A stretch of 62,310 nt of DNA, counting the filler, from Squatina squatina (Eukaryota), in NCBI GenBank assembly GCA_031763465.1. It is 4 parts of 4 records of this genome, joined end to end, with 100 filler letters (N's around TTAATTAATTAA, not from the genome) between each part and the next. Parts side by side here need not be neighbours in the genome. Positions count along the whole stretch, not along the records: positions 26,954 to 49,291 come from JARFOE010000115.1; 3 more parts are not named here. The stretch is one strand, 5' to 3'. This document shows, piece by piece, positions 39,982 through 49,347 of this stretch. The translations under genes and the position numbers were made by a program. Each line of letters starts with the position of its first letter. Position 1 is the stretch's first letter. The notes under the pieces are model-generated. The model did not search any database and was not told the DNA's origin. It worked only from the letters and a program-made list of their open reading frames with translations.

Positions 39982-40113
39982 CTGTGCTTGCTGGAAAGAT
40001 TTCAACCTCTTCTTGAATCGCGATGGCAAAACAAAATCACATCCACGGGCGAGGAAAGCGAACTCCCCTCGTAAGTCAGGATCCCGCCGCAGAGAAGTTT
40101 CCTTGATCATCAT
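39982..40113 (-). CDS. PPP2R3A: PR72 isoform-specific alternative first coding exon (44 aa)
   Basis: ATG at 40113. Encodes MMIKETSLRRDPDLRGEFAFLARGCDFVLPSRFKKRLKSFQQAQ and ends CAG|gtttga. Phase 0 matches the exon starting at 39191. Not in the ORF track because it is under 60 aa. Confidence 0.93.
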
Positions 40114-40139
40114 CTTGAAAAGCCTTGCTCAGCAATGCT

Positions 40140-40210
40140 TCTCGTGTGTGTGTGTGTTTGAGCGCGAGCGTGTGTCCTTTTGTGACGCGGTAAATATAGA
40201 CTAAAAAGCA
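40140..40210 (-). promoter_or_regulatory. Putative PR72 internal promoter (TATA/MEF2-like box, CRE half-site, CA repeat)
   Basis: Minus-strand ctatatttac lies about 80 nt upstream of the PR72 ATG, with an adjacent cgtca and a (ca)n run. Confidence 0.4.
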
Positions 40211-41222
40211 CTCAGGGTCCCAGTTTACAGAGAAGAATGAGAATTGCCTTCTTGAAAGACTGCACTGTTTCCTGTACTCTCACAGACTGACAATGTCCAT
40301 GCATTGTACCTCACCACCGAGGTCAGAGTCCAGTCCTGGCATTCAAACCATCTAGCACTCTAGCCTTTGACTCCCGACGCTCGACTGCTGTGTTGTACCC
40401 AGAAACATGACCTGCAATGCGATCTGTTCTATCGGAGGGCTTCACGACAATTGATCTGTCCAGGACTGCTACGAGTGCATTGTGGGAAAGGAAGAACCCT
40501 CTACCAGAAGAGCTAAAGTTAGCGCTTGCTGAAGAAGACCCGAGAATAATCTTGCCTGCTATGACACTGTTTACACTAATAGACTCTTAACTTAAAATGT
40601 GAGGCACGGACTTCAATAAATCACAGGCCTTTTTCAGAAAGCAGGACAACGCAAAAAATTAAATGAAGGCTTATCACAGCCCGAGAAGCCGTGTGGAATA
40701 AATCATTACACAAAGTAGTACCAGCAAAAGAAAAATAATTTTCCAATAAGTAAACTGAAGAAAAAGTTAGGGAAAAATTGTCGGGGCTGTTTTTCAGGCA
40801 TAGATCTGACGAGGTGGGCCCATTTGATTTCATAGACACCTTTTTACAAATAGGTGATTCACTGTAGGAGACTAACATGTCCTAAGGCACCCTTTCTTCC
40901 CCCTCCCTCCCTCCCTCTTTTGCTCTGCTTCATCCCCAGCCCAATGTATAAATAACTTCCACACTTGCTGTTGGCACAGCATCCTGACATTTCAGTTCTA
41001 CTGCATTCCCAGATTACTCCACCAATCAACAGCAGCTGTTTGGAGAATATCAAACACATCAAGATTCCAAAGCACCAATGTGATTTGCCCCAGCCAGGTC
41101 CCTCCATCCCATTCTGCCTCTGTGACACGGGCAGCTACGACATTTGATTTTGACTTTTAGAGATATTCACAGAAAGAAAAGAGCCGAACTCGACAAGAGC
41201 TGAAATCTATTTCTAACATAAA

Positions 41223-41341
41223 GGGATAGACTTTCAGCTTGGTGCGTTGACGTTGAACTCAATGGAAATTAAAATTGCCGCTTTCTACATTGGACAGCCA
41301 ATCCGCAATGCCATTTTTACGCCAAGTTGAAAGTGTACCCC
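41223..41341. mobile_element. Short PIF/Harbinger MITE
   Basis: TIRs gggatagactttcagcttggtg / cgccaagttgaaagtgtacccc. Confidence 0.65.
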
Positions 41342-41829
41342 TGGATATTATCCGGACTGCATTCAAGAGGTACTTGTTCAACCCCCATTGCTGCTCAATC
41401 ATGCTTTTCCAAAGGCTGTTTTAGTGTCGGGTTGCCCTGTGCTCCATTTTCAGTTTACATTACGATGTTCCTGAATAATTTTAAGAATTTCGTCTGTTTC
41501 CATTCTGTTTTTTTACCTCTGTGCAATAGACCAGGTTTGCTCGACAGGCACTGCTCTGGGCTGAACTCAGCATGAATTCAACTTTAGAATCAAAGTTGCA
41601 GCATGTGTTGTGCTGATGTATGCACTCTGGTGTCACAATCACAAACACTCCCACAAAGTAGGAATAACTGGGATGGCTCAGGAGTCAGAGGCAGATAACC
41701 TGTTACCCAAAGTATCTCGAGGATGGACTTTGGGCTTACTAACATCCAGTAGTACTGGGAGGCCCTCCCCCATTACTTAATTGTGCACATACAGTTATAT
41801 TTATCAGTTGAAGCTATGTAGCTGTAATG

Positions 41830-42097
41830 CAAATTTACTAGACTGGTACCAGGGATGAGGGACTTCAGTTATGTGGAGAGACTGGACAACTGGGGATTGT
41901 TCTCCTTAGAGCAGAGAAGGTTAAGGGGAGATTTGACAGAAGCATTCAAAATTATGAAGGGTTTTGATGGAGTAAATAAGGAGATACTGTTTCCGCTGGC
42001 AGGAGGGTCGGTAACCAGGGCACACAAATTTCAGGTAATTGGCACAAGAACCAGAGGGGAGATGAGGAAAAATATCATTAAGCAGGGAGTTTTTATG
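41830..42097 (+). mobile_element. CR1 LINE ORF2 C-terminal fragment
   Basis: Translates as FTRLVPGMRDFSYVERLDNWGLFSLEQRRLRGDLTEAFKIMKGFD. Confidence 0.9.
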
Positions 42098-44342
42098 NNN
42101 NNNNNNNNNNNNNNNNNNNNNNNNNNNNNNNNNNNNNNNNNNNNNNNNNNNNNNNNNNNNNNNNNNNNNNNNNNNNNNNNNNNNNNNNNNNNNNNNNCCT
42201 AATAGGAAAGCTTATTTAAAAGGAGGCAGCTAGGGCACCTGACAACTTAATAATTCTGGAAAGTTCTGCCCAACCACTGATTCTGGGACATTGCCATTCT
42301 GCGCCGCCCCCACCCCACCCCAACTTTCCCTCCTCTCCCCCCACACCCCCGGAAGGAACTTGGATGCACCTCCTAGCTTTTATAAGTTTAGGAACTTTAA
42401 AATGACTAGCACACATTCTTGATATTTTCCCTTGAGGCTACAGTCCACGGTCCTGGCCTACACATCCAGGCGGGGACCCAATGTCGCCATTCCGTGGACC
42501 GGCGTCCTTACTATCCCGGATGACTCACCACGTGCAAACTCCCAGCACTGAGTGCACCTGCCACCCTGCTCACCCTCTGCTGCATCATCAAGGCTCTGCC
42601 CCACCTTCTCGCCCCCCGCCCCGCCCCGACGAGCCATTGAAGGGACTCTAATGCCAGGCCAAAACTTGGCGTCATGAAGTCCTGGCCTAATTTGCCATCC
42701 TTTTGGCTTGCTCCCACCAGAGGTACAGCAGGAGTGTGCCAGAGAGACGCAGAGTTTTGGCCTCAGCGTATTTAAAGGGGCACCATTGTCCAGGAAAAAC
42801 GTGCCCACGCACACTGTGATTAAATAGTCTCAAACCACTTCACTACATCACTTGCGTGTGTCACCATCATGAGAAAAATGACACTTGGCTCCCTTCTTGC
42901 TCTCTAAATAGACGAAGATTTTACAGATACCTTTTCACGAAGGCAGTATCCCTTTAAGAGTTAACAATCAGATAAAGGGCACATTTTAGTCCAATGAGGA
43001 GGAAGCCACAGCTCCAAAATATAAAGGGAAAAGGCAGAAGACAATGTTATTTTGGCTCGCGTTATGATTCCTAAATTAAACCGTAGGTCAAGAAAAGAGC
43101 CTTCCCCTTTAAGGGTTTTTAACCTCCTGCCACATCTATAAAAAGCTTTAAGCCATGCTCGGTCTACCTCACAAACTATCATTACTGGCGTAGTTTTAAA
43201 TTGCAAGCTTTGGCTTCTCCAACTGTAAAGTAATTTTACTGAAATAACACCACAAAATGGAGGTTTTTACCAGTCATGTTTGAAATCATTAGACGACAGC
43301 TGTTGTGTTTATACTTAGAACAAAGGTCGCGCATTACAAACCAATAGACTCTATTTGCTCTGCCAACCANNNNNNNNNNNNNNNNNNNNNNNNNNNNNNN
43401 NNNNNNNNNNNNNNNNNNNNNNNNNNNNNNNNNNNNNNNNNNNNNNNNNNNNNNNNNNNNNNNNNNNNNAACAGAGTGGGCTATAAAACATCTGCTTTGT
43501 GCTACCACCCAAGACCAATTTCACCCCTGCCATGTTATCCACATGTGACACATGCTAACTTGTCCTTTTCCCATAGTCTCTGGGACAGTTGTTCAACTTC
43601 AATTAAATACCTCAGAATTGTGTTTGAACTACACTCCTACAACCTTTGCACATCTTTTATTTTGAACATGTGCTGAAGAAAGAATCTTATTTCTCAGATG
43701 TATTTTGTGCCTGTCAAAATGAAAAAGGATATTTCCATTTTTAATGGCCTAGAAGAAATCAATTTATATCTTTCAGTTTTAGCAACGCAATGAAATTCTA
43801 CAATAAACCAGTGGACCAAACCTCTTCCATTTTTTCCAGTTCCATGGAATAGCATTGCTAATGACCACTACGTTCTAAAAGTTGTAGCAGGAATCTTGTC
43901 GCATCTATAAATAAATTAGGAGTTCCAGGTCTGAAATAGAAAGAATTCTGGCATGTTCCGGGAAGAATGTAGTATGATCCTCACTTGCCAGATACGGCTA
44001 CCCCACATATGACAATGGATAACAGCCGACATTCAAGTTTAAGATTCTAGTTTCGAAACACAAGATTGGTTAATGTACTCAAGTGAGCTGGCAAGGCACC
44101 TAATCAGCACCAAAGAGAGGACAACAAAATAAAAGGGAGTAGATCAAAGGGGTGGGGCAATATACCATAGGAAAGGGAGAATCACACAACATGTGTCTGA
44201 ATAAAAAAAAAATTGAAGGGACGGATTCCTTTCGATTTTTCCCTTGTTGATAATTTGGGCCGTTCAACATTATGTTAAAGATAACAACTGAATAAAAAGC
44301 TATGTCACAAATCAAATATCGTGTGTACAATTTGAGTCTTAC

Positions 44343-44952
44343 CTTGATCACCTCTGGTGTCTGCTGAACTGATAGGTGTGAACCTGTGTCTTTAGCTACA
44401 ACTGGCTGTGCTGAGTGTGCAGTTTTGCAAGACTCAGAAGCCTGTGATAATGTGTCCTGGAGTATCCACATTACTTCTTTTTCTCTTGCCAAGATACCCT
44501 TGCTACTCCCACGTTCAACCAGCTCCTGAGCAAAGCCCTCAATACTCTCCAGGATGCGTAAGAGTAGGGCTGCATCATCCTCTTCATTTTTATTATTTTT
44601 ATTTATATTGGTTCCTTTTGTAGGAGAAGATAATGGCGCAGTTTCTCTGAGTGTCACTTCCAAGTGTTTACTTCCTGACTCAGAGGTCAAAAAATTAACT
44701 TGAGCTGATTGTTGACTATAATTCTTCAAGTCAATATTATTGTGTCTAGAGGAATCATATTCCTGCCTTGTGTCTATGGTCTGAGAAAAGGATTCCAAAT
44801 CCATCAGTAGCTTTTCAATTTCTTCTTGTTGGGTCACCTTGTCATTTTCTGTTTTAGTTTTTGATCCTGTTATCGAGGGCTCCGTAGCATCATGGGCTCT
44901 ACTTACATTATTGGAAAAGCTGGGAGAGCCAGATGTTGTCTGCACACAGAAT
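44343..44952 (-). CDS. PPP2R3A: PP2A B'' alpha-like, second part of the PR130-specific region (610 nt exon)
   Basis: tttgtgttttaaaaatag|A TTC... to ATCAAG|gtaaga. Contains QEEIEKLLMDLESFSQ, ALLLRILESIEGFAQELVE and QQTPEVIK, as in human PR130. The acceptor could alternatively be the gtgcag 13 nt downstream. Confidence 0.9.
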
Positions 44953-45847
44953 CTATTTTTAAAACACAAAGAAAGGCATCATATTGGGCTTTTCAGCCTT
45001 GGCTGTAGCACCTTTCTTCCACTAGGCCTCACAGAGCAGTCAGGCCAGGCTAGTGCAGACAGCGGCATGCCAAAAAGTCAACTGATTCCCTGCCTCAAAC
45101 TTTAGCCCATTCCCCGAGACCTTCAGATGCCCCGATCTGTCCCCTCTGGGTGCAATCATGCCAGAAAGTGAAATAGGGGTAAATAACTTCCACGGGCAAC
45201 GTAGAGGTAAAAGAAGGTGGTAAAAATCAAAGGGGGAGCGAACCTCAAAAGTAAAGAGAAAGAAAGTAGGGGGAAGTGGGAAGAAAAGGCAAAAAACAAA
45301 AAAGCGACAGAGGAAGAGGATCTGAAAAAGAGAAAGAAAAAAATAGAGTGAAGAAAAAAGTAAAGGATGTTTTAAAAAGAGCTTTCTGTACTTCACTGAA
45401 TGTGAAGCAGCAACATATCCCCTTGATTTCTGGTCTGGCCTCTCCCTGTTGGGGCTTTGTGTTGATGTGAGGGGTTTTCTTGTCCTACTTATGTTTTGAA
45501 CCTGTAAACAATTTCACAGGAGATCCATTCATATGCAGATATTTAAATAGTTTTCTTTGCACGTATATCGCTAGGAAATTCTTTTAAAGATAACAGGCTG
45601 GGAAGCTTGAGTTGCCACATTTATAACACAAGGCAAAACTGGAGGCCATTCAAAGAACCACTCGCACTCAAAGCATCTTGCAGGTAGTCTTTCTTTTAAG
45701 CAAAGTAACACCTGTGACTGTTACTTTACTCTCCCTGGGTTCAGAGACGTACGCCTCAACTGAGAGCTGACACACTTTCAAAGTTTCACTTGTGCTCGAT
45801 ACAGCTCTTAGAATTTCTAATCTTCCAACTTTTATTCTTAACGTAAT

Positions 45848-46004
45848 AAAAACAGAAAATGCTTGAAGTGCTCAGCAGGTCAGGAAGCATTTGTAGAGAG
45901 AGAAACAGAGTTAACATTTCAGGTCTGTGACCCCTCGTCAGAACTGGAAAAAGTTAGAGATGCAACAGGTTTTTGAGCAAGTGCAGGGGGCAGGGAAAGG
46001 TGGG
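45848..46004 (-). mobile_element. Penelope-like element terminal repeat fragment
   Basis: aaaacagaaaatgcttgaagtgctcagcaggtcaggaagcatt...gagagaaacagagttaacatttcaggtc is a common chondrichthyan repeat end, and it contains a hammerhead core. Confidence 0.65.
45909..45945 (-). ncRNA. Minimal type I hammerhead ribozyme motif (Penelope-associated)
   Basis: The minus strand reads AGUU-CUGACGA-G-GGGUC-ACA-GACCU-GAAA-UG-UU-AACU: 4-bp stem I, conserved core, 5-bp stem II and a minimal stem III. Confidence 0.6.
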
Positions 46005-46104
46005 NNNNNNNNNNNNNNNNNNNNNNNNNNNNNNNNNNNNNNNNNNNNNNNNNNNNNNNNNNNNNNNNNNNNNNNNNNNNNNNNNNNNNNNNNNNNNNNN
46101 NNNN

Positions 46105-47373
46105 AAAGCAATTTAGTGGAATTACGTGAGGTAGTACACGGGGTTGATTTACAGCAGTTGAACCGTTTTGTTGGATACCATTGTTTTGAAGACTACCATT
46201 CGATGAAGGGCCAGAAACACTTTCAACAGGTTTCATACTGTTACAATTGGTAGCTCTGTGAACAACCTGAGTATCCACTGGGGGAAGAGGTAGATTGGTA
46301 GATGGGGATGGTGATGACTGGACAACATCCTCATATCTGGGTGGCTGGTCATTCCCAAATGGGGGATATGGCATTTGCTGCAAGTTGTGCAGGCTGTTTA
46401 CCAGTTCAGCNNNNNNNNNNTCATGCTGATTACCTCGTCCAGATAACCCATGTTCAAGTTCGAAAGGCAACTTTTTCAGGTAGCTTGAAAGTCTCGCCAT
46501 TACGTTTTTGTAGATTAGATCTGGATTGTTGCTGGCATCACTGGCATCGTTATTCAGGGACTTGCTCTTAATACATTGCTTAATAATCTCTGTGCATTTC
46601 TTCAGGTCTTCTGAGCATTTCAGCAGAATATCTAGGCAAACCTTTATGTCCTCCCCTGAGCCTGAACTATCTGCTTTGTGTTTTTCTAAAATTTTGGCGA
46701 TTAAGTTATCTTCCGTGAGGTTTTGAAGATACAGCTGGGTGGCATTGCTGATATTTTGTTCATGCAATGTGCTAAGGGCTGCCTCTTTTTCCTCAATAGC
46801 TGTTTTCTGTGCAAAGCCAAAAGGAGGACAGTTCTCATTGTTGCCAACATGGCTATAAGTTACATCAAAGTCTGCAGACTTTCTGCTGGCCAGATCTGGT
46901 TTCACTTTCCTGCCTTTCCTGAAGGTCACGTGGCTTGTGGGGTACTTCACTCTTTCGAATGAAAACTCTTTAATTTTGCCACTCGCCAGATTTATGGCAT
47001 CCCCGGTGATGTCTTTCAGACTGCACAAGCCTTGCACCCCCATCCCCTTTTTGACCCTGGTAATGCCAGGCAGAAGCTGGTGACTGTCGTCAGCAGCGAC
47101 TTCAGCAGAAGCTGCCATGTGCTCGGTGGTCAGAAACCTGTGGGCCAAGTCCTGAGCACCCGCGACTCTCAGGTTGGGAGAGGCGAGGGCTGCAGGACTC
47201 AGCAGGTCCAAGCAGACGGCGTGGTGGACCACATTGCAGTTGACACCAGCAGCATTCGGGAAGGCTTGGCAGGATCCATTACAGTAGTGTACAGTATGCT
47301 GGAAACGTTGATCAATTATAATGCTGTTGTAACAGTTCACGGTGCTAACAACCAGTCTGTATGTTGCTGCCAT
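46105..47373 (-). CDS. PPP2R3A: PP2A B'' alpha-like PR130 N-terminal coding exon (3' end runs into a gap)
   Basis: ATG at 47373. MAATYRLVVSTVN, LASGKIKEFSFE, RKGRKVK, DIKVCLDILLKCSEDLKKCTEIIKQCIK, YLKKLPFE and QPPRYEDVVQ all match PR130. The frame is kept across the 10-N gap at 46411-46420. Confidence 0.93.
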
Positions 47374-49335
47374 AGCAGAGAAAATCACGGGGAAGTTTCC
47401 CCTCCCCCCCACCTGATGCTTTATAATGTTTAGATTCATGTTTCAGCTTTATATATGTCATAAAACTTGTGCCCTTAACTTCATGTAAGGCCAAGAGCAT
47501 AGAAACATTCATTGGCCCATCCTCTGAACTCGTTGATCATTAATACTGCATTCAGTACCACAGATGTGGGTACTTTGATGCAGAGGTAGTGAATATTGAA
47601 TATGGTTGTCAGAATTCCACTGAAGTTCAATACGTTTTTGAAGACTGAGGTGAAGTGGAAAGTAGTGAGGAGACAGCTGTCCAATTACTAAAGAATTAAT
47701 AGCCATTGCTGGTCTTGCATTGGTATAGCAAGACTCCTTGGATGGTACAAAATTAAGGTGAAGTGGATTCCAGTTGTAATATTTTCTCTCTTTTTTGGTA
47801 TGTTTTTCAATGTTGTCTTATAAAACTCTATTTGATTTTAAGGTTATTAAATTGAACTGTCAAGTAAGGCTTGAGCACTGCATTAATACTACCTTGCTCT
47901 TGTGAGCATAATACAGCAAGGAATAATATTAAAAGCTTTAAATGTTTGATGTAATAGGTCACTTGTCATATTTTGTTTACCCCAATGTGCAGATTGAATA
48001 CAACATTCAGATCACTGTGCAATCATTGGTGTTTGCTTGGAAACCCCAAAGCTTGCCGACAATGCTGATGGTTGTCAGCCAGGAACAAACTGTCAAATAT
48101 AATAACTGACTCAGTACTATTGTGGTTGTAAAATGTACAATGTGCCCAGCTGGGACAGGCTATATCTTTAGGAAACTATATATGATTGTACGAAAGTTTC
48201 AGTTTCCTATTTTCCTCTCCTAATCAGACTAAGTATAGGCTTCAAACTACACAGGCCAAAATCTACAACCGATACTGCTGTTGCATTTTTTATCTATTAT
48301 AGATCCTTGACGATATTCTTTATGGAACCCATAGTCAGCACTGTTGCAATTTACGGATAAAAAGAACTGGATTCCTCTGAAAGTGCTTCCTATTCTGTAA
48401 ATTTGGCCTTCATTAATTAGGCCTGGGAGTTGAAAAACCATTTTGAGGCATTTTCTTGTTAACACATAGCATCACAAACAAATGAATGAAAGAGCAATAA
48501 AAACAGCACGTTATCGACTATGCAGAANNNNNNNNNNNNNNNNNNNNNNNNNNNNNNNNNNNNNNNNNNNNNNNNNNNNNNNNNNNNNNNNNNNNNNNNN
48601 NNNNNNNNNNNNNNNNNNNNNNNNNNNCGAAGTGCTTGGCTCTTACAAGCCTTTTGAGGCTTGCAATTGAGACGTGCGGTCAAATTGCAGCTGCTGTTAC
48701 TGTGTTAGTCAAGTCTTCCCTGGGTCAGACGATCACATGTCCTTCGTCAATGTTATACACCTCACTCAGGAAATTGATGCAAAGTTTACTGTAGCCAAGG
48801 CGTCAGTATCCATTCTCAATATCTGGGCACATGGCCTAGACACAGGCCTGTCAGTGCATCTAAACGGCATCACAATCCACAAAGAGATGCTCAAGCGTGA
48901 AGTAATTGTGTTAGGGGATGAAGTCTCCTGCTGAGCGTCCCAAATGTGTGCGGCAGATGTGCACCAGAATTCAACAGACTCTTTCAGTGTCAGCAACCTT
49001 TGTCCTGTTTCTCAAGCACCGACTGGAAGAGAGAGAGAGAGAAGCAACAATGTGACTTGTGAAGTCATTAACACATTACACGAGGAAAAAAACTGATTTT
49101 AATGTTTCATTATTTAAATCGTGTCAGTGCTAGTCAGAGTCCAGTATTAGCTGTGTAAGACCCTCTTTATATTGTCACCATATAAATTAAAATGTAATTA
49201 TTTGATTGCACCGATATTGCTGATGGGGCACGGTAGAGATAGCTACTTTGCTGCAAGTAAAAATAAGCATCTAAACAAAATATTGCTTTTTNNNNNNNNN
49301 NNNNNNNNNNNNNNNNNNNNNNNNNNNNNNNNNNN

Positions 49336-49347
49336 TTAATTAATTAA
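49336..49347. other. Artificial six-frame-stop scaffold spacer TTAATTAATTAA
   Basis: Structure N44 + 12 bp + N44. Confidence 0.95.

Noticed and set aside
45919-46004. C-terminal end of the 506-aa ORF as part of PR130
   Set aside because: The ORF reads through a gap into a Penelope-like repeat and shows no PR130 similarity there.
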